Part shown: positions 42,501-53,300 of the stretch, piece after piece
Position numbering within the stretch: the first letter of the stretch is position 1
How the letters are laid out: each line of letters opens with the position of its first letter
IMG/VR virus record: IMGVR_UViG_3300035501_000169
Coordinates: 30,455-94,454 of that record
Source of the DNA: a virus
Lineage: Duplodnaviria > Caudoviricetes
Direction: 5' to 3' (one strand)
Length of the DNA: 64,000 nucleotides
Notes under the pieces: generated by a model
Seen by the model: the letters and a program-made list of their open reading frames with translations, nothing else
Databases searched by the model: none
Told to the model about the DNA's origin: nothing
Translations under genes and position numbers: made by a program

Positions 42501-45474
42501 CGGTTAGCTTACTTCTTTCTTCATCAGTCATACTAGAAGTATCATCGTTATAATCTCCATTTAGATTTTTATAATACTTATCATAAAGCGCATTTACAAC
42601 ATCATGTCCATACTTTCTATAAAGTTCTCTTATGGTATCATTAGCCTGATTAATTGCTTTAACTCTAGCTTCATTCATAGTGTTATGAAGCATACCTACT
42701 TGTTCGGCAACTTCATCAACAGTTCTAGCAATATCATTATTATAGAAATCTATAACTTTAGAAGTAACAGCAGCTCTTTGATATAGTAAATCAAGTTCAG
42801 GACTTATATTACTAAGAGTTGCAAAGGATGTTTCTGCGTCTGCTTCTAGAGTCTTATATTCTCCAACAGTGGCTTCATCAAGAGCTGTTCTACTTCTATC
42901 ACTTAATCCTAGAGCTTCAAGACCATTCATATCCATAACATCTCCAGGATTGAAATTAGGATTTTGAGTAATCTTAGCATCTTTATAAGCAAGAGACTCT
43001 GCTGTATTTTTTCTAGTTACAATGCCTTTATCATCTTTTACATATCGTAAAGACATATAAGTAGCATAAGTAAGTTCAGCATCAGATAAGTCTTGTTCAA
43101 TAGATGCTATTCTTTTATCAATATTAGCTATAGCAATTTGATTACTCAAACTTTTACTATCATCGTCAGAAAGACGTTTACGTTCAGCACGAAGATTACC
43201 TAATTCTTTAATTAAAACTCCAAGTTTAATATTTTGTCTATGATTAATATTAGGATCAAGTTTATCTGCAAATTGAGTTTCAAGTTGACTTATACGTTCT
43301 TCTATACCAGCAAGTTCTCTTTTCTTGTTAGCTATAGCAAGTTCAGTTTTAACATTATCTGTAGCTATAATTTGCATATATTCAGCAGGAACATATGCAG
43401 AACGAGTTTTATCACCAGTAGCCTTTTGTCCTTTAGCGTTTAATATAGCTGAAGCCTCATTAACAGTAACAAGTTCCTGGTCATACATTTGTTCAACTTC
43501 ATCAACTTGACGTAGGGCATCATCTATATATTCTTTAGATTCTCTATTTATATCGTCAGAAGTTTTATTTTGACCTTCTACATTAAATATACCACTTTCA
43601 ACCATTCCTTTACGAACATTCTCATCTGCAAGATAAGCTTTAAGCATATCAAGATTACCACTGTTCATAGCACGAAGAGTCATATCAGCAATATATTCTT
43701 TTTTAAGTTTATCACGAGCAGCTTGTTGTTCAGCTTCATTTGTAAACTTAACTATATTTTCATCTGTGGAACTATAAATGTCTTCACCTTTATTTATTCT
43801 ATCAAGTTTATCTTTATAAGTTTGAAAAGAAGTAGCACGTTGCTGAATTTCAGAAATACGACGTTTAGTTTCAGGAAGTTCATCAAGTTGATACCAAGGA
43901 AGTTTTTCTTTAGCTTCTTTACTAACAGTATCATCTTCTTTAAACTTATTAGATATTTTATTGAATTGACTGCCAAGACCTTCAAATACTACACCTCCCA
44001 TAACACCCCAAAAAGCACTATCCCAAAGTTGAGGTGCTTGAATGTATTTAGCAAGTCTATCATCAAATACACTTTTCCAACTAGTCCAAAGACCTGTATC
44101 TTTAGAACCTTTTTCTTTTCCAAGAAGAACATTACCAAAATGCATACCTTCTTCTGTAGCAATATAGTTAAGAGCCTCTTCAGCACCTTCTGAAAGTTCA
44201 GCTCCAATAACTAGTTTACTACCAACAAGTCTATCTTCTGCCCATTCTTTAGCTTTTTCTCCAAAACTACGTTGCGCTTTAGCTGCTGCAATTTCAGCTT
44301 CAGTTTTACCAAAATATTTAGAAGCATCTTTTTGAGCACGATATACTTTAGAAGAACGAACTTCTGAATTTTTAAGACCTTTCCAAGCATCTTTAAGAGC
44401 ATACATTTGAAGAACATCCCAACCGACATTCATCCAGTCAATTTGGAAAGTTCTATCAGCAGCTTTTTTAGCTATTTCTTTAGCAACAGCATCTCTATCT
44501 TCTGTATCAACTCCTGCTTCACGTAACATATCAGCGTTACTATCAACTACTTTTTGATAGTCCTCATCACTCATATTACTTAGAGTTTCAGAAGCATCAG
44601 CATACATATCATTATATGTTTGTCTAGCTTCTTGATAGTTTTCAAGCGCTCTACTAGTAACAGCAGTTAACCCATTTTCAAGAAACATATTAGCAGCATT
44701 AACTGTACTAGATGAATTAAGAAAACGTTGGGCTTTACTAAGTTTACCAACTTCAGCTATTTCTTCTGCAGAAGCACCAGCTTCTCTTAAAGCTTGAGCA
44801 GCTCTAACTCGTTTAGAAGCACCGCTTAAAGCTCTAACACCGTTACGAGTAAATTTACCAGCTTTAGAGATTTTACCTAGATATCCTAAACCTTTAGCAA
44901 CTCCAGTAGATGGAATAAGAAGAGTTAGTGAACTCATAATACTAGGAATATTACTAGCCCACCAACCTGCATCTATTAGACCACCATTACTAATATTTTT
45001 ATTTGGGTCAGCATAAATAGGAGCGAAATTACGAAATTCTTCTTGTTTTTCTTCAAGAAATCTACTAACAGGATTTTGATAATCACCGTCATTTAGTCCT
45101 ATACCAGAACCTATTATATCAAATAAGTCAGCAATTCCAACAGCAGTTCCAAGAGCAACTTCAGATACAATAGTTTGAGCTAAAGCATTACCAAACTTTT
45201 TAAAAGCACTTTGTTCATCAGCTAGATTTTTATCAAGGTCTTCCCAAGGATTCCAGTTAAGACCATTACGTCTATACTTTTCTGCATCTTTAGCTGAAAT
45301 AGAATACTGATTTTGATAATCTTGAACTGCCATATTTATAACAGCATCATTATCTGCTTCTAAATCCAAAGCTGTTATAGTTCTAGGAACTTTATTCTTT
45401 TTAGATTTAGAATTATATTGAGGATTAGGTATTTCTTTTTTACCTTCTCTATTTATGAAATCAAGTACATCCAT
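36592..45474 (-). CDS. giant polyvalent virion/cargo protein with zincin-like, PD-(D/E)XK nuclease-like and ART-like domains, 2960 aa
   Basis: HEGLH...EEFLVE (39019-39033); GTLDLL...IFDMKT...QLQLY; FKGWFGDW...DENGEPLVVYHGS...FLNIRNP...NQIKSAT. Confidence 0.8.
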   Translation of the reverse strand: MDVLDFINREGKKEIPNPQYNSKSKKNKVPRTITALDLEADNDAVINMAVQDYQNQYSISAKDAEKYRRNGLNWNPWEDLDKNLADEQSAFKKFGNALAQTIVSEVALGTAVGIADLFDIIGSGIGLNDGDYQNPVSRFLEEKQEEFRNFAPIYADPNKNISNGGLIDAGWWASNIPSIMSSLTLLIPSTGVAKGLGYLGKISKAGKFTRNGVRALSGASKRVRAAQALREAGASAEEIAEVGKLSKAQRFLNSSSTVNAANMFLENGLTAVTSRALENYQEARQTYNDMYADASETLSNMSDEDYQKVVDSNADMLREAGVDTEDRDAVAKEIAKKAADRTFQIDWMNVGWDVLQMYALKDAWKGLKNSEVRSSKVYRAQKDASKYFGKTEAEIAAAKAQRSFGEKAKEWAEDRLVGSKLVIGAELSEGAEEALNYIATEEGMHFGNVLLGKEKGSKDTGLWTSWKSVFDDRLAKYIQAPQLWDSAFWGVMGGVVFEGLGSQFNKISNKFKEDDTVSKEAKEKLPWYQLDELPETKRRISEIQQRATSFQTYKDKLDRINKGEDIYSSTDENIVKFTNEAEQQAARDKLKKEYIADMTLRAMNSGNLDMLKAYLADENVRKGMVESGIFNVEGQNKTSDDINRESKEYIDDALRQVDEVEQMYDQELVTVNEASAILNAKGQKATGDKTRSAYVPAEYMQIIATDNVKTELAIANKKRELAGIEERISQLETQFADKLDPNINHRQNIKLGVLIKELGNLRAERKRLSDDDSKSLSNQIAIANIDKRIASIEQDLSDAELTYATYMSLRYVKDDKGIVTRKNTAESLAYKDAKITQNPNFNPGDVMDMNGLEALGLSDRSRTALDEATVGEYKTLEADAETSFATLSNISPELDLLYQRAAVTSKVIDFYNNDIARTVDEVAEQVGMLHNTMNEARVKAINQANDTIRELYRKYGHDVVNALYDKYYKNLNGDYNDDTSSMTDEERSKLTDAIDVLALTKSYNQSLARHLETIFFLEDAMAAGRSVENKDDKSQSSTTNQQSDTSQLGDEIDNSSTDNTQSNTEQNNGQIEDIPQQFDQQNIQNRTPSFYAKWYLGGKDKGSVHHSSKDNGGVAVYDNGDGTFTIDVRGDKKLLKAKDFFSNADGFDITRDYEVASMPIARRNKKGKLEIIYQGELRYTDTLEAQQEDAESNNEAEQVAGQADEQTTNNPSTGEVGNEADLGQNDESNPTPATESTQTQTEASQEQPATDNNVPEQAGVTPSAEETPQVKPAVVNNPVNATVEPTVDQSDAADEIKFNCLGILQRERHANKDVDLDAVAKKFVEDLVKTGADRVSVEKAAAWSLGVIKRRIARMEANAPTSMQSSVEELIITQSSIVESSSTTGYAKEYVEKVRAMMEQYAKEMGLNRMNGKYYVTLEDLLRYSNQVTSDSTVAGMIYQSLKEYLKTDEARKDYALIDEQEVDKSNFINNVAKSSEERQKEREGANNSHRIDINSILSELTDEQTSEYYDALDALNKGDKLSVTVDNKRLSFRDKNGKVIGTIPVTKRNAKTGAYEMVNDGWIYDILSSNNGAINSRLKDTFFRWLTSKTDDCVELNSLIYELAFTKATPERKQELLDKFANNAEVKAAKEKGLVAKQADNKQLINGLVKLWRFTAYATGDVSTGKNIRLKSSIEKWFKKLNASYDFTEALLNGAKADVTITSISDGELIRIVENDKVQAEQEALPVDKAIAGGVNPEVQHVAIADNANVGMLKVAGMPMQTLSGVGGGNTFVIIPNRSGRPGYAQAFPAGVVDDYIGQDAKDIVTAVKDEVTKLLNEFANNPSDASFDNLKTFFEKLLSGNNGNRSMFRGLSFTSGVTRNGVPYVSIALPGTSNMVNIFKKGSKGLFATKITVGNDEFAVNSNGKKTKNVDINSPEAHRAIKELINNLKFQVSYAYVDSDNVSNMSLKGFATRSNGKFEIKIGDKTWTYNSYNEFMLNNNLLRVNTKPSEDGKSNYSRRGIRSQKGNQTLEVSLATTTTSPVEENGTAQQEQTPAQPTETKPTNITINEQVTNILNSNSNDKGVDIVKTLVGTDPAFTESTLKAFQSLGILPKNIKFDAEFNNRKGYEHINAEINTKTHEVTVGKRWLDMFSNPLSRKQAIRKLIHEGLHDALSGKNKRSYLHSAKGIYEEFKAALESGKVDNAEHFKQYLFENETEDRALEEFLVESLTSEELARTLNSIDAVSESRKGSKNLLQKVLELMAKVFGWDVRKGSLYEKELNTLRASMQDDISDRTAIDETVELVNKIQEDGEKANLTEDEVYYINSETNELGVRVTSAIQADEENVVNGIPKRFDKNSPWVTPSTNIGTGVDEFTRDFFLGKLDNMSDEELEAAYPNVTGSDWAKFREQLKTFKDDLKKGKTIKGKNITIVSRDIKAIGKVDVVMPDGSIKKLNVTGTLDLLGYDQDGKFYIFDMKTVHSEDYMQDIDKSKKWNRQLQLYKQCLEDKYGVSVAGTYIIPIKVNYDTPKGAKRKDGTDMGGTAVYSVRNPELKRNYDNPNRSQILQDGEEFRGAAPDLRSILSKNPHPGKIRYEYLDDAAKDVLDGKVTAENYKNKEAVTQTEQTSTETTKQEQKPQIEVKPVEEPAKPNKFGSDNSRRMRGKFKSSITEMNNTTPEMETIKANAIANGTFMKAPNGNPTNLSERQWLQVRTESFKGWFGDWENNPSQASKVVDENGEPLVVYHGSKSGAKFDTFKSDVSGRNLNTAENSFFFISDKNAVLDYSFEHNASNIMEVFLNIRNPHVEDYKGQHWTGVSEKFYYNHPLLGKREINVPKGQEDNVYRLAVEQIYGKDAVNDNDYIRSAYEYVETERTITNPSTDELTQTLDRSKFDGIIAENVVDSTKGAATDYIAFNSNQIKSATNNNGDFSTTDDNIHHSSVTELGSNVPSVQSLQERLPIDQQPKFAALVRSAAIQSSCR

Positions 45475-45477
45475 AGT

Positions 45478-47286
45478 TTATTTATAATAAATTAGACCAT
45501 TCATAAGTTTATCGTAAATATCAAACAATTCTTGATATTTAGTATAAACTTCATATCTTGTAGTTTTAGCATATTTATCTGCAAGAGTTGGACCTGTTCC
45601 TTTACGAGCAAATATTTCATCAACAGTAAGAGCTTTACCTGTATCATCTGTGAAAGAAATACCTGGATATAATTCATTAACAGCTTTTACTGCTGTTAAA
45701 CGAGCCATTTTTTCATATCCGTCTTCATTATAAAGTTCTCCTTTATTATTAAGAAATTGAAATTGAAGTTGACTAGTAGCATCTTCCACAATCATATTTT
45801 TATTTATTTTACGAACTGCATCAGATGCTGATAAAATTTGACCATCAGAATAAAACTGACCATTTTCATCAACATATATTTCAGTACCATCTGTACATTT
45901 ATAAGCATATCCCCAATTTTGCATTTCGTTAATTTCTTGAGCAGCTCTAGTTGTAGTATTTCTATTAATTTTAGCTTGAGCTTGTTCTTGCATAAAACCA
46001 GGAATAAATACTTGCCAACGTCTTGTTTTAGCTATATCATTAGGTTTACTGCTATCATTTATATTTTTATCATCAGCCCTATCTGCATCTACTGTAATAA
46101 GAGTACCTATAGTACCATTAGATACCATAGCATTAAAATGTAAAGTTTTAGGATTTGCAGCACTTATCATTTGTATAACTTGAGCTCTTTCTTCATTACT
46201 CAATTCTTGTAATGACTCATCAGTAGACTTGTCATTAAAACTGTTGCTATACATTTCATAACCACCACTTCCTAAAGTTTTAATAGCTTCTTCTATATAC
46301 CCACATTCAGTTTTAAGTCTTCTTTGATATTCTGTATCTGTTATTTGTCCAGAAGCTAAAGCATTATTAAGTGCTGTAAGATTATCATCTAATTCTCCTC
46401 CAATAGTAGAAGAATAAAGTTTATCAGTTAAATTAATTTTTTGAAAATAAGAATTTTTAGTAGATTGCGTATCGTTTATAATATCTTGCATATCTTTTAT
46501 ATCCTGATGACCAACTTCAGGAAGCATATTTCCTTTTGCATCATATCCGTGAACTTTAACCCAATAACTAGAACCCCCTCCTAAATCTCCACCAGAATTA
46601 TATGTAGGAGTATTATATATTATTTGATTAGCCAAAGGATTAGATTTTTCAAATTTAAGAGTAGTTCTTCCATCTTTATGAATTACTTCTACTCCAGCTG
46701 ATTTTAATTGAACTTCATTAAGACCACTATCAGCATAAAATTTTTCAACAGATGCAGTAGTATTATCTTTAGCAGTCCAATCCCAACCAAAAATACCATA
46801 TTGTTTTTCAGGTTCAAATGTTATAGAAAGACTTGTAGCTTCTACTTTGTCACCTTCAGGTCTGCCTGTAAAACCATTTCTACTTCTATAATTAGAACCC
46901 AATGAACTTTTAAGTTCTACAAATTTTTGAGTGTAAGGATTAGAAGCAGCTTGTTCAAGACCACCGTTTACAAAAACATTATCTGCAAATTCTATTTTAC
47001 TTCTAGCCTCATCGTTATCTATACGACCATAAATAGCTCCTAGTTTTCTTCCTTCTCTACGAAGATTAAGAATGTAATTTTCATTTTGACGTTGTTTTTC
47101 AGGATCATTAAAATGAAATTGAGCTGCATAATTAGCAGCATCTTCGTATTGCCTATTACTTATAAGTTGATTAAATTTACTTTCATCAAACTTATAATCA
47201 CTATAATTTTGTTCTGTCCCAGCATGAGTATCTTTATCTTTACTATTTGGGTCAAAAAACGTATATCCATTAAACGTAACTTTCAT
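45478..47286 (-). CDS. putative virion cargo protein
   Basis: 602-aa ORF within the ejected-protein cluster. Confidence 0.6.
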   Translation of the reverse strand: MKVTFNGYTFFDPNSKDKDTHAGTEQNYSDYKFDESKFNQLISNRQYEDAANYAAQFHFNDPEKQRQNENYILNLRREGRKLGAIYGRIDNDEARSKIEFADNVFVNGGLEQAASNPYTQKFVELKSSLGSNYRSRNGFTGRPEGDKVEATSLSITFEPEKQYGIFGWDWTAKDNTTASVEKFYADSGLNEVQLKSAGVEVIHKDGRTTLKFEKSNPLANQIIYNTPTYNSGGDLGGGSSYWVKVHGYDAKGNMLPEVGHQDIKDMQDIINDTQSTKNSYFQKINLTDKLYSSTIGGELDDNLTALNNALASGQITDTEYQRRLKTECGYIEEAIKTLGSGGYEMYSNSFNDKSTDESLQELSNEERAQVIQMISAANPKTLHFNAMVSNGTIGTLITVDADRADDKNINDSSKPNDIAKTRRWQVFIPGFMQEQAQAKINRNTTTRAAQEINEMQNWGYAYKCTDGTEIYVDENGQFYSDGQILSASDAVRKINKNMIVEDATSQLQFQFLNNKGELYNEDGYEKMARLTAVKAVNELYPGISFTDDTGKALTVDEIFARKGTGPTLADKYAKTTRYEVYTKYQELFDIYDKLMNGLIYYK

Positions 47287-47295
47287 AATTATATC

Positions 47296-48480
47296 TTATT
47301 TATAAAGATTTAAAATACCATTTTGAGAACCATATAATCCATTATAATCATAATTAAGTCCCCAATTAACCAAAGGACCTTGCCAAGTGGCAGTAGGATA
47401 TGGAGTCTGATTTGTCGCTCCTGCACCAGCACCAGCTCCAGATGTTCCTTTTGTTTCGTTATCAGTAATACTAGTAGAACTTTTATTATCAGTTCTCCAA
47501 TCATATGCTAAACCTCTAGAATAAAGTTCATCTGTTATCATTCTAGTATAATATTCTTTATATGATATTGGAGAACCATTATTATACATTAATTTTTTAC
47601 GTTCTTCAAGTTTTTGTCTAAGAGTTTCTTTATCAAGGTCATCATTAGACATTTCATCATATTGTTTTTGCATATTATTAAACTCAAACATAGCAACATC
47701 ATAAGCTTGTTCTGCTTGACGATAACCATCTGGATTATCAGATAGCAAACGTTCTATATTATTACGTATATCTTGAGCTCTAACTCTTTCATAAGATTGT
47801 GTAGAACCACTTCCAGAAGTAGAACCTGTACCATCTGCGTTTGTAGTACCTGTTTTACTTTCTCTTCCTGTAGTTCCTTTATCGGGAGTAATTAGTTTAA
47901 ATGCTATAGTAGCTTGTTGTGCAAAAGAAAGGTCATTTACAGGTCGACTAGTAGGAGTCCATGTAGAACCACCTACAATGTTTCCATTAGCATCTTTTAT
48001 ATCAGTGTAACTATATGGATTATTAGCCACCCACCAATCGTATGTATTTTGTTTTATATCTCCTTTATCCCTACGAGTTTGTTGAGTTTCCATTTCTTTT
48101 TTAAAATCCTCATTAGCTCTAATTCTACCAATAAGAGGAGTATCTTGAGAAACTTTACCAGCTAAATCAGTAGCAGTTCTAAAAGCACTACCATAGTTAC
48201 CTACATCTATATCTTGTTGTATTTGCTTTTTGATATTATCTTTATATTGTGCAAACCAAGCATCTGTAGTAGGGTCACGATGAAGTTGATTTTCAACTTT
48301 ACCTAATGCAACGTCAACAGCAGATTTAGCTTGAGCTGCATTATTCATACGAGTTTCTCTCTGTGCTAAAGACCTCTCTAATATAGAAAGGTCTTCAGTT
48401 TGAGGAGTGTATGTAGTAGCAGTAAAAGTAGCAGGAGTAAAGGGTGCTGCTTTTAAACTTATAACAGGTATTTCAGCCAT
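47296..48480 (-). CDS. putative virion cargo protein
   Basis: 394-aa ORF with helical and low-complexity segments, within the cluster. Confidence 0.6.
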   Translation of the reverse strand: MAEIPVISLKAAPFTPATFTATTYTPQTEDLSILERSLAQRETRMNNAAQAKSAVDVALGKVENQLHRDPTTDAWFAQYKDNIKKQIQQDIDVGNYGSAFRTATDLAGKVSQDTPLIGRIRANEDFKKEMETQQTRRDKGDIKQNTYDWWVANNPYSYTDIKDANGNIVGGSTWTPTSRPVNDLSFAQQATIAFKLITPDKGTTGRESKTGTTNADGTGSTSGSGSTQSYERVRAQDIRNNIERLLSDNPDGYRQAEQAYDVAMFEFNNMQKQYDEMSNDDLDKETLRQKLEERKKLMYNNGSPISYKEYYTRMITDELYSRGLAYDWRTDNKSSTSITDNETKGTSGAGAGAGATNQTPYPTATWQGPLVNWGLNYDYNGLYGSQNGILNLYK

Positions 48481-48489
48481 AACATTATA

Positions 48490-50370
48490 TTATTTAAAAC
48501 CAAAAGCATTAGCTAATAATGCAGCATACTTTTGATATTTTTCATCATTACTATCTTTAAAAGCTTTCCACATATTTTTAGCTCTTTCCTTATTGTTATA
48601 TTTATCAGGACTTTCTATAACAGTTCTTACAGCATTTTCTGTATCAACGCCAACCATCATATTATTGTAGTCAGCATTAATCTTCTTATTTGCATCATAA
48701 GCGTTACCAAATCCTTGAGCAGAAGCAGTAAGAGCAGAACTAATAGCAGTAGAACTACTCTGCAATGCTCCAGCATTAGCAGAAGACGTTTGACTAATAG
48801 CATCAGCATATGCTTGAGCAATGCCTGCAAGTTTTTGATTTTCAATATTATTATTGTATTCTTTCAAAGACAATCTCGCAGCAGTATAATCTTTATTTGC
48901 TTGAATATCTCTATCAGCATTAGCTTGAGCAGTTTGAGTAATTCTCTCAGCATTACTTTGATAAATTTGTTCATCTTGATTTTGTTTCCAAGCATATTGT
49001 TCACCTTGACGTTGCATCAATCTGTCATTAGTAGCAGCTAATCTATTTTGACGAGCAGCAGAACTCAATGTACCACGATTAATTTCTTTACGTTCATAAG
49101 CAGCATTTCTACGAAGTCTTTCAAGTTGAGGATTGATATTAGTATTAGCTGCTCGAACAACTGCCATAGTATGAGGAGCAGAATAGTCTTCTCTACTAAT
49201 AAAACTATCATCAATAGTACTCATATTTCTATAAGCATCAGCTATAATATCAGCAGAAGCACTATATGCTTGACCTAATTTATTAGCAGCATACATATTA
49301 CCCCAAGTAGTAATACCTGCGCCGAGTAGATTACCAGCAGCATTATAAGTAGCTCCAGCATAATCACCCCACTTAGCTTTAGGTCTAACATTACCACCAC
49401 AACGTTTAATGCTAATACGTTTACCACACCTTGCTACGGGGGAGGTAGTATTATCTTTATTCTGAGCAGCATAAGCAGCTCCAGCAGCTACAGAAGCTGT
49501 TCCATTAGAAGGAAGATAAGTAATATTAGCCACATCATTTAGCATCTGTTGACCACCAAATTCAGCTTTCTTGAGACTATTTCTTTTACTACTACCGTCA
49601 TCATTAAGACCGTTTTGTTTCTTAATAAGTTCTTGCATAGCAAAAGCTTGAACAGGATGAACACCATTTTCAACAGCTTGTCTAGGATTAAACCCTTTAA
49701 TGCTATGCTTAGAAATAAACATAGCATCATTAGGAGTTACATAAAGAAGTTCACCTTTATTACTATTTTGATTACCTTCTCCTTCAACAACAGAACCGTC
49801 ATTAAATTTAATTCCTACACCTGTCTTAGATTTACCACCAGGAGCTTTATGATAATGTTCGTGGTCATTACCATAAAGCTCATAAAGTCCATAACCGTTA
49901 GCATCAGTTGTGAGAGGAATTACGCCACCGCCATCAGTAACATTAAAAGGCTGACTACCTCCCCCGTAGAAAGGTTGACGTTTAAGAGATTCTCTCTTAG
50001 GTCGACCACCATATTTAACAGCAACTTTATTACGTTCCATACGACTATTCATATTTTCTTGACCAGCAAGCATTTGAAGTGTTGTTTGAATATCTTGTTG
50101 TTGTTGACGATTTTCAGCATTTTGTTGACGAGTAAAATTAATACTTTCTTTTTGAAGATTAGTATTATTTGTACTTTGTTCTTTAATGCTTTTAGCTTGT
50201 ATATTAGCAGATTCTGTCATAGCTTTAGCTTGTGACTTGGCTGCACTTGTAGTAGCTGCTACTTGCATACCAGCAGCAGCAAGAGTAGCAGCAGCCATAA
50301 TAGCACCATCTGCTCCAAATAATGCTTTTTTACGTGGTTTACCACCACATTTAAGTTTTAATCTACTCAT
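48490..50370 (-). CDS. putative virion cargo/ejection protein
   Basis: Ala/Gln-rich helices, Ala/Gly hydrophobic segments, GNDHE...GVGI...VEGEG motif and repeated K/R-x-GG. Confidence 0.65.
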   Translation of the reverse strand: MSRLKLKCGGKPRKKALFGADGAIMAAATLAAAGMQVAATTSAAKSQAKAMTESANIQAKSIKEQSTNNTNLQKESINFTRQQNAENRQQQQDIQTTLQMLAGQENMNSRMERNKVAVKYGGRPKRESLKRQPFYGGGSQPFNVTDGGGVIPLTTDANGYGLYELYGNDHEHYHKAPGGKSKTGVGIKFNDGSVVEGEGNQNSNKGELLYVTPNDAMFISKHSIKGFNPRQAVENGVHPVQAFAMQELIKKQNGLNDDGSSKRNSLKKAEFGGQQMLNDVANITYLPSNGTASVAAGAAYAAQNKDNTTSPVARCGKRISIKRCGGNVRPKAKWGDYAGATYNAAGNLLGAGITTWGNMYAANKLGQAYSASADIIADAYRNMSTIDDSFISREDYSAPHTMAVVRAANTNINPQLERLRRNAAYERKEINRGTLSSAARQNRLAATNDRLMQRQGEQYAWKQNQDEQIYQSNAERITQTAQANADRDIQANKDYTAARLSLKEYNNNIENQKLAGIAQAYADAISQTSSANAGALQSSSTAISSALTASAQGFGNAYDANKKINADYNNMMVGVDTENAVRTVIESPDKYNNKERAKNMWKAFKDSNDEKYQKYAALLANAFGFK

Positions 50371-53300
50371 ATCTTATTAGTATAATTCAAAGATAATGTT
50401 TCTAATTTAAATTCATTGTTAAAAAAGAAACGAATTACAAAATATTTTCCTTCAATCAAAGCATTGTTATCTGACCTTAGAGTAGCACCATTTCTTCCGT
50501 CATTATATTGTGACATATAATTAAAGGTGTCAGTAGTGTTTTGAATATCTCTAAAATAATTCAAACTCCATTTACCTTGATTATAACGAGGTAGTTTATA
50601 AGAATTTGGGTTGTTAATAGAATAATCATTAGCTCTACTACCAAAATCAATTTTCTCACTCATAGTAGTATCAGTGTAAACTCTAATACCTGCTGCTGAT
50701 TGAGAATCTTCTATAACATCTGCACATTTTATAAGAGATTGGTCAGTATCAGCATTTATTAAACTAGTAAATTCGCTAGTAATAAATCGACTACACCATT
50801 CAATACTATTTAAAGTTTTTATAGTTTCATAGTTTGAATTATCAATAATATCAATAATACTTTGATATTGTTTCATAGTCAAATATCTAGCAGGAACTTG
50901 ACCATTAAGAGTGTCTATTACACATTCAGCTCTTACACTATCATAAATAGACGGATAAATATAATCAGATTCTAAGTCATTTTTATAATAAATTCCTAGA
51001 CGTTGTTTATCTATTTTGCAAACATCACCACCGTCAGTTGACATGAAATAACAATTAACTTTAGTATTGAATGCTTTTACAAAATAAAAATCATGTAAGC
51101 TCACAAATGATTTAACATCTTCCAATGTAGAATAAGAAAGAGTCACAAACGTATTATCTTCAAATTCTATACTTACAAAGAATCTATTATTGTAATAGTC
51201 ATTAGCAAAATAAACATTAAGAACTTGTTTATGTCTAAGAAGTTTCTCAATGCTATCACTAAGTTTAATTATTTGTCCTTGACCAGAATACATATAAATG
51301 ATTTTAGAATCACTATCATAAAATATATATCCTTGTTCAGTTACAATTTGATGATTTTTATTTTGAAGACCAGCAAAACCAAAGTCACTACCAAATATTT
51401 CACTAACACCAGTATTAAATGGTTGAGATTCTGTAGTTTGAATTTCACCTTCAGAAGAAGAAAGAGTATTACTACCAGTAAATTTAAACATACTATCTTG
51501 CGTATGAACAAGAATAGCATCACCTACAGAAATAAGATTTACTATAAGTCCCCGATTAGTAGGAACATTATAGTAGTCGTTAGCGTCAAATCTGAATATA
51601 CTTATTTCAGCTTCATCTCCTTCAAGTTCACTACTTCTAACAGTGTTCTCGAATACATTTGTTGTATTTCGATTACTATTATAAATAGAATAAGTTTTTC
51701 TAGTATAACTTCTATACATAGAAGCAAGCTCATATATATCACTACAAGTCAAACTTGTTATAAGACGCCAAAGAACTGAATACGCTTTATTAGAGTCACC
51801 ACTTTCAGTATCTGTACTTTCTGTAGATGCATAATTGTAATATGTTTTAACAGCAGTCTTAGGTTCATCAGTTAAAGAAAGATAGTTAAAATTGTAATTA
51901 GAATAAACATTAACTTTCTCTGTAGTAACCATACCAAAAGCACTCATCTTATATTCACTATCAGTATATTTTCCTAACTCCTTAAATTGAATATAAGTTA
52001 GATTTTCTTCAGTACTTCCAGTTTCATATTCTCCTTTCTTATAAACTGTACTTCCATCAGAATAATAATTAATGCAACGTTCTCTATCAAGAGGAGTAAC
52101 TTGACAAATATAACCACATAGATTTAAATCTGAACTATCGTCATAAGATATAGCTTTTATGTAAGGAGTACATTTTATTAATTCTGCATCTTCGTCTTGA
52201 GCAGAAGCGTAGTCGGAAATAGCAAAAGCTGGAACTCCAGTTCTTATACCACTATTAGCATCAAAAACCAAAACACCATCTGCACCAAAATATCTAACTA
52301 AAGCTGCATTACTACTATAATAATAATCTGCAGTAAAATCTTTATCTGTTGAAGTACCATTTAAAGTAGCAGTTTTTTGTCTAACTAAAACACCAGAAGA
52401 TTTAGCTTCGAGCATAGTATTCATTTCCATACAAGAGCCTTCATAAGCAATAGTACCACCAGAACTATTTTCACCTTTAGCTATATTAAATATAGTAGAA
52501 GCATTAACAGCAGAATGGAATATACTAAAGAAACAAGCTACATATCCACTAGGAATAGAAATACTACTAAAAGAAGGATATATTATTTTATCACAAGTAT
52601 CACTATACGGACATTCAATTTCTGCTACAAAATATCCATTAGTTATCTCTCCAGTTTGCTTAACAAAATGAACATAAAATTTATATTTTTGATAAGGTAT
52701 GAGAGTAGTTTTACTAATTAGATTATCTATATTAGAAGTATTTATTTTACTAGAATATCCGCCAATTGTAATAGATATATCTTGTGTATAAGTAATAGTT
52801 CTAGTTTTAGTTACCTTAGTTCCAGAACCTATGATAGTATCATTTCCACTACTTATACTACCATCTATTATAGTATCTAAACTATTATCTGTAGAAATGA
52901 CTTTACTTGCAGTAAGACCATCTACAGTATCAAGAGAAATAGGTTCGTAGGTCTGATAAGATAGAACAGCACTACGAACAAGACTTATGGTAAAACTATT
53001 AGCAACAGTACCATTACTATCTACAAATTGAGCATTTTCACTTAGATATTTTACTTTATTATATATTGTAGAAAGAGCTAAAGCTACACTAGAAACAGTT
53101 CCTAACGTAGTAGAACCCATCTTAACTATAATGCTACTAACAGTATCAGAATTATATTTCATTCCAACATAATCGTCACCATAGGTTTTCTTATAATAAG
53201 ACTCGTTAGTTTTCTTAGCACCTAAAAGAGTAGACCAAGAAGAAGTAAGATAGCAGTCAAAAGCACTAGTTCCCATCAAAGTTGTAGTAACATCTTCATT